NCBI GenBank assembly: GCA_016206155.1
Contig: JACQSC010000004.1
Span: 7,450 to 71,449, forward strand
DNA: 64,000 nt
Source: Candidatus Uhrbacteria bacterium
Lineage (GTDB): Bacteria > Patescibacteriota > Patescibacteriia > JACQRZ01
Direction: 5' to 3'
The notes below the pieces were generated by a model. That model had not been told where the DNA came from. It worked only from the letters and a program-made list of their open reading frames with translations, and did no database searches. Position numbers and translations under genes: made by a program. This document shows positions 35,351 to 44,647 of the stretch, piece by piece; the stretch's first letter is position 1; the number at the start of each line of letters is the position of its first letter.

Positions 35351-35435
35351 ATCCACCAAGTATACCAAATTTTTAGACGGTAGTGCGCCTCCACTCTTGA
35401 CCAGTGAATGCCTTGCGTGATTTAATAAAAGCACT

Positions 35436-36794
35436 ATGGCATCAATAGGATTTTATGGTGGCGCAGGAGGGGTCACCGGCGCAAACTATCTTCTCGACAC
35501 CGGATCGTGCCGCATCATGGTTGATTGTGGCCTGTTCCAGGGATGGCGGTTTGCCGAGGAAGAAAATCACAAACCGTTTCCTTATGATCCGGCATCTATT
35601 GACGCTGTCTGCGTAACGCACGCGCACGCCGACCACATTGGACGTCTTCCCAAGTTAGTGCGGGAAGGATTTCGAGGAACCATCTACGCAACCGAACCAA
35701 CTGCCGCACTTATGCGGGTCATGCTTGAGGATGCGGTCAAGATCATTCAACACGAATGCGAATGGCATAGTGATACGCCGCTGTATGAAAAAACCGATCT
35801 TGAGAAGACCCTCTCATTGATCAAACCTGTGCGCTACGATGAAAAAATCACGCTTCCGAATTGCGAACTCACCCTTCATGACACCGCGCACATTCTTGGA
35901 TCGGCGATGGTTGAAATGCATGTAAACGAAAAGATTATCGTTTTCACCGGCGATATTGGCAATACTCCTTCCCCGCTTTTGAAAACATTGTATCCACTCA
36001 CGTATTGCGACTACCTTGTGATGGAGTCGGTGTATGGGGATCGATTCCATGAGCCGGCGCAAGAGCGCGTGCTCAAGCTTGAGCGCACTATTGAGGACAC
36101 GGTCACGCGCAAAGGAACGTTGATTATTCCGGCATTTGCGCTGGAGCGCACGCAAGAACTTCTTGCCCAACTCGATGAACTCGTCGAGCACAATCGCATT
36201 CCGCGCGTGCCTGTCTATCTGGACAGTCCCCTCGCGATAGGAGCCACAGAAATTTATCGGCAGTACGCGCACTACTTTAACGACTCAATTCAACAAGAAC
36301 GCAAACACGGCCACGATGGCGATATCTTTCATTTCCCCGGATTGGTCATGACACAATCACGAGAGGAATCCCAAAGAATCAACGCCATACCCTCGCCAAA
36401 AATCATAATGGCGGGAAATCCGCACGGCTATGGCAGCCGCATTATGCACCATTTTGTACGCACGCTCCCCGACCCTGACAGTACCGTACTCTTTGTCGGG
36501 TACGCGCGCGTCAGCAGTTTGGGCCGTAAGCTTATTGACGGCGCAAAAGAGGTCAAACTTTTTAAACAAGTTGTTTCGGTACGATGCCATATTGAGCACA
36601 TCTCAGGATATTCCGCGCACGCCGACCAGGCTCAGCTCACCGCCTTTGTTTCCCGCATCAACAAACCCATCAAGCAAGTTTTTGTGGCTATGGGCGACCC
36701 CGAAGCGGCAAAAACACTTGCGACGATTTTGCAGGATACCGTTGGTGTGCATGCGACTGTACCCAATCTCGGCGATGTGGTAGAATTAGAGTAG
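35436..36794 (+). CDS. MBL-fold metallo-hydrolase with beta-CASP/RNA-metabolising domain
   Basis: HAHADHIGRLP metallo-beta-lactamase motif and beta-CASP layout. Confidence 0.8.
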   Translation: MASIGFYGGAGGVTGANYLLDTGSCRIMVDCGLFQGWRFAEEENHKPFPYDPASIDAVCVTHAHADHIGRLPKLVREGFRGTIYATEPTAALMRVMLEDAVKIIQHECEWHSDTPLYEKTDLEKTLSLIKPVRYDEKITLPNCELTLHDTAHILGSAMVEMHVNEKIIVFTGDIGNTPSPLLKTLYPLTYCDYLVMESVYGDRFHEPAQERVLKLERTIEDTVTRKGTLIIPAFALERTQELLAQLDELVEHNRIPRVPVYLDSPLAIGATEIYRQYAHYFNDSIQQERKHGHDGDIFHFPGLVMTQSREESQRINAIPSPKIIMAGNPHGYGSRIMHHFVRTLPDPDSTVLFVGYARVSSLGRKLIDGAKEVKLFKQVVSVRCHIEHISGYSAHADQAQLTAFVSRINKPIKQVFVAMGDPEAAKTLATILQDTVGVHATVPNLGDVVELE

Positions 36795-36800
36795 CAAGCT

Positions 36801-37439
36801 ATGGCAACAAACAACAAACAGCTTCTTGAACAATCATACCTGAAATACAAAATCTGTGTCTCCGGTTCTGCCGACACTTTCCATTGCCTTCCTGGGGCAT
36901 TGGAAAAAGCAAAAGAATTGGGTCGACAAATCGTCCTTCATAACGGCGTGCTCGTCACCGGCGCAACAACGGGCATCCCCTATTGGGCGGCGATCGGCGC
37001 GAAAGAAGCGGGCGGCATTAGTATTGGTATCTCGCCGGCCGCATCGGAATTGGAGCATGTAAAAAAATATCGTCTTCCTGTCGATTACTTTGATCTTATC
37101 ATGTACACCGGCTTTGAATATTCGGGCCGCAACCTGCTTCTCGTTCGCACGACCGATGCCGTAATTGAAGTGTGCGGACGCATCGGAACGCTCAATGAAT
37201 TCACCATCGCATTTGAAGACAAGAAGCCTGTCGGCGTTCTCGAGGATACCGGCGGGACAACGGCGATGATTCGTGACATCTTAGAAACTGCGCATCGCGG
37301 TGAGGGAAAAATCGCCTACAGCCCAGATCCAAAAGAGTTGATCGACAAAGTCATCGCACTGATTGACAAGGAAAAGGTTGTTCCGATTCCAAAATATGAA
37401 TACGCGAAAGGACGGCCTAATGGAAAGCGCCGCGGATAG
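36801..37439 (+). CDS. TIGR00725/LOG-like (SLOG) Rossmann-fold nucleotide-binding protein
   Basis: KICVSGSA...LVTGATTGIPYWAAIGAKEAGGISIGISP pattern. Confidence 0.6.
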   Translation: MATNNKQLLEQSYLKYKICVSGSADTFHCLPGALEKAKELGRQIVLHNGVLVTGATTGIPYWAAIGAKEAGGISIGISPAASELEHVKKYRLPVDYFDLIMYTGFEYSGRNLLLVRTTDAVIEVCGRIGTLNEFTIAFEDKKPVGVLEDTGGTTAMIRDILETAHRGEGKIAYSPDPKELIDKVIALIDKEKVVPIPKYEYAKGRPNGKRRG

Positions 37440-37444
37440 ATATG

Positions 37445-37579
37445 CCCCGCACTTAAGAACGATTGTTGCCCATTATTCATCCGTACGTTTATGATGCACA
37501 CCACCATTATTATTGATCAAACGATTTTCTCAGTGTACATACGACGAAACACGGGGATGAATCGTTCTTAAGTGCGGGG
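37445..37579. promoter_or_regulatory. perfect 20-bp inverted repeat (CCCCGCACTTAAGAACGATT / AATCGTTCTTAAGTGCGGGG) enclosing 95 nt, ending 1 nt before the rpiB ATG
   Basis: Direct reading; 20/20 complementarity. Confidence 0.8.
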
Positions 37580-38033
37580 TATGCTGTATATTGCCTCTGA
37601 TCATGCAGGATTTGCATTAAAGGAATACCTCAAACGATTTTTGAAAAAACACTCAATTGCCGTTGAGGATATTGGCGCACATAGATACGATAAGGCGGAT
37701 GATTTTCCTCGCTATGCGTTTTCCCTTTCAAAAAAAGTCGCCTCGGATTCCTCACATCGCGGAATTCTTCTTTGTGGAAGCGGGCAAGGCATGTGCATTG
37801 CGGCAAACAAAGTAAGGGGCATACGCGCAGCATCTGTGTGGAACAAAAAAAGCGCTATTGCTTCGCGACACGACGATGACACAAACATTCTTTGCCTTTC
37901 CGGCCGCATGCTCACGAGAAAAGAGACTGAAGAAATTCTTTCATCGTGGCTCTTTACCGGATTCTCCGGTTTGGCACGCTATAAGCGCCGGCTAAACCAA
38001 ATTGCCGCCTACGAAAAAAACTCCCGCGCATAA
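37572..38033 (+). CDS. rpiB: ribose-5-phosphate isomerase B
   Basis: MLYIASDHAGF...LLCGSGQGMCIAANK RpiB/LacAB motifs; the likely start is ATG 37581. Confidence 0.9.
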   Translation: MRGMLYIASDHAGFALKEYLKRFLKKHSIAVEDIGAHRYDKADDFPRYAFSLSKKVASDSSHRGILLCGSGQGMCIAANKVRGIRAASVWNKKSAIASRHDDDTNILCLSGRMLTRKETEEILSSWLFTGFSGLARYKRRLNQIAAYEKNSRA

Positions 38034-38051
38034 CGGGAGTTTTTTCTTTTG

Positions 38052-38234
38052 CTAGACTTCCCACTGATCATCGAGTTTTTGATACTCTTCTGTATTGGAT
38101 TCCATCCCGTGTCGGTCATCCTCGCACTCGCACGACTGAAGAGGCTGGTTATAGTTTGAGCAGCTAGAATCCTGACAAAGTTTTTGTTCGTCCGACACTG
38201 CGCCGCAGGTACCCGGACAGATATAATGCTCCAT
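38052..38234 (-). CDS. hypothetical small Cys-rich acidic protein
   Basis: 60-aa ORF with 7 Cys, convergent with rpiB; weak. Confidence 0.3.
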   Translation of the reverse strand: MEHYICPGTCGAVSDEQKLCQDSSCSNYNQPLQSCECEDDRHGMESNTEEYQKLDDQWEV

Positions 38235-38343
38235 ATACCCATTATTTATTATTTAATACCTATTAGTATAGCACATTTAAAAAAATTAACTCCCTTGCTA
38301 TACTATACTAAACCCTAGACCCTAGCCACTAGACCCTATTTTT

Positions 38344-38976
38344 ATGATCCCCGCAAACCTAAAAAAATACTTCGCGCCATCGGTGCTCGTCTATTCAAAG
38401 AAAGAGGCACAAAAAAAGCTTTCTTTTATCAATGAACATTTCCCTCACAACCATCTTCATGTTGACGCCGCGGACGGGAAATTCGTACCTTCTACATTTT
38501 GGTGTAAACCCCATGATTTCAAAAATCTTCGCATCAAACAATCGTTTGAGGCACACCTCATGACGCTGAACCCCGAACGGCGTGTTGCGGCATGGAAGCG
38601 CGCCGGCGCCGCACGCATCATCTTTCACTATGAAGCAACAAACAATCCTCTGCGTGTCATAGAAACCATTCAAAAACATCATCTTGAGGTCGGGATCGGC
38701 CTGAACCTTGAAACGCCAACAAAACAGATTGAATTGCTTCTTGATCGCCTTGATGCTATACTCTTTATGAGTATTGTTCCGGGATGGAGCGGACAGCCAT
38801 TTCATCCGGAAGTTATTGGAAAAATACGGAATTTTCATAAAAAATACCCTAAAAAATTCATCATCGTAGATGGCGGCGTAAGCACCGGCAATGCGCAAAA
38901 ACTTATTGCCGCCGGCGCTCGACAGTTGGTGTCCACGTCAGCCGTCTACGGATCAGGAAATTATGCCAGAGAATAA
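38344..38976 (+). CDS. rpe: ribulose-phosphate 3-epimerase (divergent)
   Basis: HVDAADGKFVP and SIVPGWSGQPF...VDGGV resemble Rpe H.D.MDG.FVP / M.V.PGFGGQ.F / DGG motifs; adjacent to rpiB and tkt. Confidence 0.75.
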   Translation: MIPANLKKYFAPSVLVYSKKEAQKKLSFINEHFPHNHLHVDAADGKFVPSTFWCKPHDFKNLRIKQSFEAHLMTLNPERRVAAWKRAGAARIIFHYEATNNPLRVIETIQKHHLEVGIGLNLETPTKQIELLLDRLDAILFMSIVPGWSGQPFHPEVIGKIRNFHKKYPKKFIIVDGGVSTGNAQKLIAAGARQLVSTSAVYGSGNYARE

Positions 38977-39838
38977 AAAAACAACCATTCCTCAGTGGCT
39001 CACCGACATCGGCGAATATCTCAATAAACCGCTTCCGCCGCTTCTCGATATTGATCTGTCCCTTCTTTCGAAGCGGGCACCCGCCCTTGTGATTCCTGAC
39101 GGCATCGCAATCTCGGTTATTATTCCGGCGTGGAATGAAGAGGCATACATTGCGCGAACGCTCGATGCGCTCCACCGCCAAACATTTCCGCGCGACCGGT
39201 ATGAGATCGTAGTTGTCGATAATGTCTGCACCGACCGCACCGCCGATCTTGCGCGCGCATATGGCGCTGACAAAGTTGTCTCTGAGCCATGCAAGGGAAC
39301 AAACTTCGCACGCCAGCGCGGTATCGAAGAAAGCACCGCCGACATCATTGCATTTCTGGACGCCGACTGCGTACCGCCTCCTGAATGGCTTGAGAAAATA
39401 TATACAAAGCTGACCGAAAAAAATCATCGCTGTGCGGCGATTGCAGGATCGTATATCTTCCATGTCAATCCGACTGAATCCCTCTTCCTTGCGCAAGAAA
39501 TCTATCGCTGGATTGTTATGCCCACGATGTCCACGCTCTTTGGTCGACTCTTGGGGCGGGGCGGGGTGATTATTGGCGGCAACTTCGCATCGTTCCGCGA
39601 AAACTTCAATAAAATAAACGGCCTTGACACCTCGTTCACTTTTTTTGGCGACGACGCAAGCATTGCACGCAAATTTGGAGAGATCGGCTTTGTTGAGTTT
39701 GATCCCCTCCTCTACGTCCTGACCTCGACGAGACGCTTTGAGCGTGATGGTCTCCTGAAAACAAACTGGGAGTACGCGCGCAATTATTTTAAAGTCATGT
39801 TCGATGATCATTCACGACCAAAAAGTAAGGCGTCTTGA
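38963..39838 (+). CDS. family 2 glycosyltransferase
   Basis: ISVIIPAWNEE...VVVDNVCTDRT...FLDADC motifs; start set at MPENKK. Confidence 0.8.
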   Translation: MPENKKTTIPQWLTDIGEYLNKPLPPLLDIDLSLLSKRAPALVIPDGIAISVIIPAWNEEAYIARTLDALHRQTFPRDRYEIVVVDNVCTDRTADLARAYGADKVVSEPCKGTNFARQRGIEESTADIIAFLDADCVPPPEWLEKIYTKLTEKNHRCAAIAGSYIFHVNPTESLFLAQEIYRWIVMPTMSTLFGRLLGRGGVIIGGNFASFRENFNKINGLDTSFTFFGDDASIARKFGEIGFVEFDPLLYVLTSTRRFERDGLLKTNWEYARNYFKVMFDDHSRPKSKAS

Positions 39839-40661
39839 GAAGCTTGCAAACTCCATTCGCCGAGACATCATAGCCATGCTCGTAAAGGCTGGATCAGGGC
39901 ACTCGGCCGGCCCCCTGGATATGGCGGATGTCTTTACAGCGCTGTATTTTCATATTCTCCATCACCGACCAAAACAACCTCAGTTGGAGGGACGTGACCG
40001 TCTCGTTCTTTCATGTGGCCACATCTGTCCGGTTCGCTATGCCGCAATGGCACGCGCAGGATATTTCCCGCTCAAAACACTTTCGACCCTCCGCAAGCTC
40101 GGATCACCTCTGCAGGGACACCCAGAGCTTCATAAACTGCGTGCAGTAGAAAATACTAGCGGCCCCCTTGCGCAGGGAACATCGGTGGCGGTCGGCATGG
40201 CGCTTGCCGGAAAAATGGATAACAAAAAATGGCGCGTCTATGGTGTGTTGTCAGACGGCGAACATCAGGAGGGGCAAACATGGGAGGCCGTCATGTTTGC
40301 GGGGAACAAGGGACTCAACAACCTTACCTTCCTTGTCGATCGTAATAATATCCAGATTGACGGCATGACCGAGGAGGTGATGCCCCTAGAGCCGTTTGCC
40401 GACAAGTACCGTGCGTTCAATTGGCATGTCATCGAAATTGACGGCCATAACATTCGAGAGATTGTTGATGCATGTGAACAGGCAAAGCGCATTTACGAAA
40501 AACCAACGGTCATTATCTGTCATACCATTCCCGGCCGCGGCGTTGAATTTATGGAAAAAAAATACGAATGGCACGGCATCCCTCCCAATGAGGAACAAGC
40601 ACAAGAAGCGTTGCGCGATCTCCGCACGTTACGCGGAAAAATTATTTCGGAGCACGAATAA
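39804..40661 (+). CDS. tktA: transketolase, N-terminal (TPP-binding) subunit
   Basis: SGHSAGPL...GHP...GPLAQG..GMA...DGE TPP-binding motifs; 285 aa means a split transketolase. Confidence 0.9.
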   Translation: MIIHDQKVRRLEKLANSIRRDIIAMLVKAGSGHSAGPLDMADVFTALYFHILHHRPKQPQLEGRDRLVLSCGHICPVRYAAMARAGYFPLKTLSTLRKLGSPLQGHPELHKLRAVENTSGPLAQGTSVAVGMALAGKMDNKKWRVYGVLSDGEHQEGQTWEAVMFAGNKGLNNLTFLVDRNNIQIDGMTEEVMPLEPFADKYRAFNWHVIEIDGHNIREIVDACEQAKRIYEKPTVIICHTIPGRGVEFMEKKYEWHGIPPNEEQAQEALRDLRTLRGKIISEHE

Positions 40662-40663
40662 GC

Positions 40664-41014
40664 TTGAACGCTACCATGAAAACGTCAATCCATGCGCCGA
40701 TTGTCATAAATCCGAACGATATCCCGTGGAAAAAAATAGCACCGGGCGTGACAATGAAAGATCTAGCATTCGACAAGCCAAAAAATCAAAGACTCACACT
40801 TTTTAAATTTAATAAGGGAGCGCGACTCAAAACCCACAAGCACTCCGCCCTTGAATGGATGTATGTCCTTGATGGCATCTACCAGGATGAATTTTGCACT
40901 ATACCAAAGGGCAGATTGAAAATCAACAAAAAGGGTTCAATCCACACATCACAACCAAAACGAGGGTGCACCCTCCTTGTGGTATGGAGTGGGAAACATA
41001 TTACTGTGCGATAG
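40664..41014 (+). CDS. cupin domain protein
   Basis: Cupin-like beta-barrel length and His-containing motif (HKHSALEWMYVLDG). Confidence 0.45.
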   Translation: MNATMKTSIHAPIVINPNDIPWKKIAPGVTMKDLAFDKPKNQRLTLFKFNKGARLKTHKHSALEWMYVLDGIYQDEFCTIPKGRLKINKKGSIHTSQPKRGCTLLVVWSGKHITVR

Positions 41015-41025
41015 CGTTAGTGTAT

Positions 41026-42693
41026 ATGAAATTAAAAAAATCAGAGCAGAAAAAAAATGGGGCCGAGCTCCTCGTCGACTGCCTCAAGACGCAGAACGTC
41101 AAATATATCTTTGGCATTCCTGGCGCTGCTGTCATGCCCATCATGGAATCATTACGTGTCAATGAACAGCAGGGCGGCCCCAAGTTTATTATCACGCGCC
41201 ATGAACAAAATGCGGCCTTTATGGCGCAAGCCTGGGGCCGCATCACAGAAACACCGGGAGTCTGTCTGGCAACGGCCGGGCCAGGCGCGACAAATCTTGT
41301 TACGGGTGTTGCAACTGCAACGGCCGATCGCGATCCAATGGTTGCAATTACCGGCGAGACACCCCGAGTAGAACATTTTCAAAAAACTCATCAAACGATC
41401 CGCACCGCTACATTATTTCGCCCAATAGCGAAGTGGAGCGAAGAAATTCAAGACGCCGCGGCAATCCCCGAAGCGGTCTCGCTGGCATTTAGAGCTGCAA
41501 AGCTTCCTCATGAGGGGGCCGTCAATATGACGTTTCCCTTGGACGTGCAGACCTCCCGTGCAAAAGGGATACCCCTTACATCTGAGTCGCCATTGTTCGG
41601 AAAAGCTTCAGCAGAAGAATTACAAACAGCGGCCGAGATTCTTGCTCGCGCGAAACATCCTTGTCTCCTTCTTGGATGCGGTGCAACACGCGCCAAAACC
41701 ACCGGAGCGCTCCGTAGATTTCTTACCAATCATGCGGTGCCGGTCGTTGGTACCTTCGAAGCAGCTGGTGCAATCTCGCGGGATCTTGTCCATCTTTTTG
41801 TTGGACGCGTGGGCCTCAAAGTTGAAGAACCGGGAGATATTGCATTACGCAATGCCGATTGCATCATCACCGTTGGCTTTGATCCGATTGAGTATCACCC
41901 CTCCTTCTGGCACAGCAAGGCAGTACCGATTGTTCATATTGACGAACTTCCCTCAGAGCCCCATACGCTCTACCAACCTGCCGCAGAACTCATGGGTGAT
42001 ACCGCAAAGAACCTTGATTCGCTCTCGGAGCGCGTTACGCGATCGTACCCATTTCACCCTGCGGCAAAAAAAGCTCAGGCCACTATGTTCAAACACATGC
42101 ATCAAGCGGCACCAGGAACAACGGTACACCCGCTAACCTTTATCAATATCCTCCGTGAAAGCATCGACGATACCGTGACGGTATGCTCTGATGTTGGCGC
42201 GCATCAAATCTGGCTTGCAAAACATTTTCTCTCGTACGAACCACGTCATCTTCTTTTTAGCATGGGGTTCCAAACAATGGGCGTGAGCTTACCGTGGGCA
42301 ATTGCGGCAAGTCTGGCTCGCCCCAAAACGCACATCGTCTCACTAAGCGGTGATGGATCGTTTATGATGAGTGCGATGGAGCTGGAAACAGCGGTCCGCC
42401 TTAAACTCCAAATCACGCATATCATTTGGCGCGACGGAAGCTATAACCTCGTAAAAATCCAGCAACAGGAGACGTATAAAAAGACGTATGGTATCTCATT
42501 TGGCAATCCTGATTTTGTTAAGCTTGCTCAAAGCTTCGGCGCACAAGGATTTCGAATAACAAAGCCATCGCAAATACAACGAACACTCAAAAAAGCACTT
42601 TCAATAAAAACACCAGCCGTCATTGATGTTGCGATTGATTATCGGAAAAACCTTTCCCTTCTCCGGCCTTCTGAACTAGCCTCACTTTCATAA
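41026..42693 (+). CDS. thiamine-pyrophosphate enzyme of the acetolactate synthase family
   Basis: N-terminal PYR domain (GIPGAAV...), central domain, GDGSF TPP-binding motif; start set at MKLKKSEQ. Confidence 0.8.
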   Translation: MKLKKSEQKKNGAELLVDCLKTQNVKYIFGIPGAAVMPIMESLRVNEQQGGPKFIITRHEQNAAFMAQAWGRITETPGVCLATAGPGATNLVTGVATATADRDPMVAITGETPRVEHFQKTHQTIRTATLFRPIAKWSEEIQDAAAIPEAVSLAFRAAKLPHEGAVNMTFPLDVQTSRAKGIPLTSESPLFGKASAEELQTAAEILARAKHPCLLLGCGATRAKTTGALRRFLTNHAVPVVGTFEAAGAISRDLVHLFVGRVGLKVEEPGDIALRNADCIITVGFDPIEYHPSFWHSKAVPIVHIDELPSEPHTLYQPAAELMGDTAKNLDSLSERVTRSYPFHPAAKKAQATMFKHMHQAAPGTTVHPLTFINILRESIDDTVTVCSDVGAHQIWLAKHFLSYEPRHLLFSMGFQTMGVSLPWAIAASLARPKTHIVSLSGDGSFMMSAMELETAVRLKLQITHIIWRDGSYNLVKIQQQETYKKTYGISFGNPDFVKLAQSFGAQGFRITKPSQIQRTLKKALSIKTPAVIDVAIDYRKNLSLLRPSELASLS

Positions 42694-42700
42694 TACTGTT

Positions 42701-42728
42701 TGTCATCCCGGCGGAGGCCGGGATCCAG
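42701..42728. repeat. REP-like hairpin (copy 3, reverse-complement orientation)
   Basis: tgtcatcccggcggaggccgggatccag. Confidence 0.85.
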
Positions 42729-42737
42729 CCCAAATAT

Positions 42738-43721
42738 ATGCCCTCTCATTCCACACACCTCAACCCCCACTTGTTTTCTTCAGATGTTGAACAGATTCCG
42801 ACGCGGAATGGCTATGGCGATGGGTTACTTATGCTCGGCGAATCAAATCCGGATGTTGTCGTGTTAACCGGAGACCTTGCAGAATCAACGCGTGTTCTTG
42901 AATTTGGGAAAAAATACCCCGAACGATTCGTTGAATGCGGTGTTGCGGAACAAAATATGGCGGGCATCGCTGCGGGGCTTGCGCTTGCCGGTAAGATTCC
43001 TTTTATTTCAAGCTACGCTGTGTTTTCTCCCGGAAGGAACTGGGATCAGATTCGAGTCAGTACGTGCTTGAATAACGCGAATGTAAAAATCGTCGGTGCG
43101 CATGCGGGCATTTCCGTCGGTCCTGATGGCGCGACCCACCAAGCGCTTGAAGATATTGCCATCATGCGCGTACTCCCTCACATGGTCGTTGTTGTACCAT
43201 GCGATTATCAAGAAACAATGAAAGCAACGTTTGAAGCAGCGGCATGTATTGGACCCTTTTATTTCCGATTTGCTCGAGAGAAAACACCGTGCATCACAAC
43301 GTTAAAAACACCGTTCAAAGTGGGGCGCGCGGAAATCTTTAGAAAGGGAAAAAACGTCAGTATCATTGCGTGCGGTCCACTTGTGTACCAATCTCTTGTC
43401 GCGGCAGAGGAACTTGCCAAGAGTGGCATCGACTGCGAGGTCATCAACAACCACACAATCAAACCACTTGACGAGAAAACGCTACTCGCATCGGTGCGAA
43501 AAACAAAAGCGGTTGTCACCGTTGAAGAACATCAAATCATGGCCGGTGCGGGAAGTGCGGTATGTGAGCTTCTTTGTAAAAAATATCCCGTGCCAGTTGA
43601 AATGGTCGGCATGAACGATTCCTATGGCGAAAGCGGAAAGCCATCCGAACTTCTTGAAAAATACGGTATGTCAGTCAAAGCAATCAAAACCGCTGTTAAA
43701 AAAGTACTGAGAAGAGCATAG
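42738..43721 (+). CDS. tktB: transketolase, C-terminal (pyrimidine-binding plus C-terminal domain) subunit
   Basis: Tkt PYR-domain motifs (ESNPDVVVLTGDL, GVAEQNMAGIAAG) and C-terminal domain. Confidence 0.9.
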   Translation: MPSHSTHLNPHLFSSDVEQIPTRNGYGDGLLMLGESNPDVVVLTGDLAESTRVLEFGKKYPERFVECGVAEQNMAGIAAGLALAGKIPFISSYAVFSPGRNWDQIRVSTCLNNANVKIVGAHAGISVGPDGATHQALEDIAIMRVLPHMVVVVPCDYQETMKATFEAAACIGPFYFRFAREKTPCITTLKTPFKVGRAEIFRKGKNVSIIACGPLVYQSLVAAEELAKSGIDCEVINNHTIKPLDEKTLLASVRKTKAVVTVEEHQIMAGAGSAVCELLCKKYPVPVEMVGMNDSYGESGKPSELLEKYGMSVKAIKTAVKKVLRRA

Positions 43722-43783
43722 CGCCGACTTGACGATTTGGCTGTACATGTATATACTTATGTATATACATTCATCTATCTCAT

Positions 43784-44026
43784 ATGATTCAAAAAATCGA
43801 CCGATGGGGCAATAGCTTAGGTATTCGCCTGCCAAAGCAGCTTGCTGATCAGCTCTTCCTTAATGAAGGAAGTACTGTTGTTGTTACCCTGGAAAAAAAC
43901 GCCCTTATGCTGCGCCCACAAAAGAGAAGCACTCAGACATTAAAACAGCTTCTTGAACACATCACTCCAAACAATCTTCATAAGACCGTGGACTGGGGGG
44001 AGCCGCAGGGAAAGGAGGTATGGTAG
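43784..44026 (+). CDS. mazE: MazE/PemI-like antitoxin (AbrB-type)
   Basis: MIQKIDRWGNSLGIRLPKQL swapped-hairpin motif. Confidence 0.75.
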   Translation: MIQKIDRWGNSLGIRLPKQLADQLFLNEGSTVVVTLEKNALMLRPQKRSTQTLKQLLEHITPNNLHKTVDWGEPQGKEVW

Positions 44027-44361
44027 AGACAACATATACTCCAAGCCGCGGCGACGTTGTTTGGATTAATTTCAATCCAACAAAAGGACGTGAGCAGGGC
44101 GGTTCACGTCCAGCACTCGTTGTTTCTCCTCAATCGTATAACGAACGGGTTGGCTTAATGCTTGCGTGTCCCATAACATCAAAGATAAAAGGATACCCCT
44201 TTGAAGTTGTCATTAGCATCCATGACATCGAGGGCGTGGTACTGGTGGATCACATACGAAGCATTGACTGGGTCTGTCGAAGCGTTAATCTTGTAGGGCG
44301 GTGTGATGAAGAAACACTTGAAGAGGTGAGGCATAAATTAACCGTCCTGATCAATGAATAA
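44020..44361 (+). CDS. mazF: MazF/PemK family endoribonuclease toxin
   Basis: RGDVVWINFNPTKGREQGGSRPALVVS signature. Confidence 0.85.
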   Translation: MVETTYTPSRGDVVWINFNPTKGREQGGSRPALVVSPQSYNERVGLMLACPITSKIKGYPFEVVISIHDIEGVVLVDHIRSIDWVCRSVNLVGRCDEETLEEVRHKLTVLINE

Positions 44362-44443
44362 GCCCGGGTGGTGTAACTGGCAGCCACGTTCGACTTAAGA
44401 TCGAATGCCGTAAGGCGTGCGGGTTCGAGTCCCGCCCCGGGCA
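44362..44443 (+). tRNA. tRNA-Leu (anticodon UAA), type II with long variable arm, no encoded CCA
   Basis: Manual fold: acceptor GCCCGGG/CCCGGGC, 3-bp D-stem, anticodon loop CTTAAGA, variable hairpin GCCG-TAA-GGC, T-loop TTCGAGT. Confidence 0.9.
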
Positions 44444-44593
44444 AATTTGAACGAAGTGAAAAATTGAATGGGGAGCAACAGAACTGCTTCTGTTGCGTCG
44501 GGACGAGAACGCCGGAGCGATGTTCGGCCAGCAGGCCGAACCGCGAGGCGGTGGCTAGACCGAGGTGAGCGACGGCGAGCCGAGAGTCAAAGC

Positions 44594-44614
44594 CGAGTCC
44601 CGCCCCGGGCAAAT
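44594..44614. repeat. 21-bp exact direct repeat of the tRNA-Leu 3' end (att-like)
   Basis: cgagtcccgccccgggcaaat identical to 44426..44446. Confidence 0.85.
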
Positions 44615-44647
44615 GAGAAAGTTTTACTAGACACAATAAGCAAGAAT

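Noticed and set aside
38052-38242. Two overlapping small minus-strand ORFs downstream of rpiB
   Set aside because: Only the Cys-rich 60-aa ORF was kept, at low confidence. The 77-aa alternative frame has no features.
44468-44647. 60-aa N-terminal extension (MGSNRTASVASGRERR...) of the Met-rich protein ORF
   Set aside because: Arg-rich translation of the att-repeat region. A canonical signal peptide begins at the internal Met (44648).
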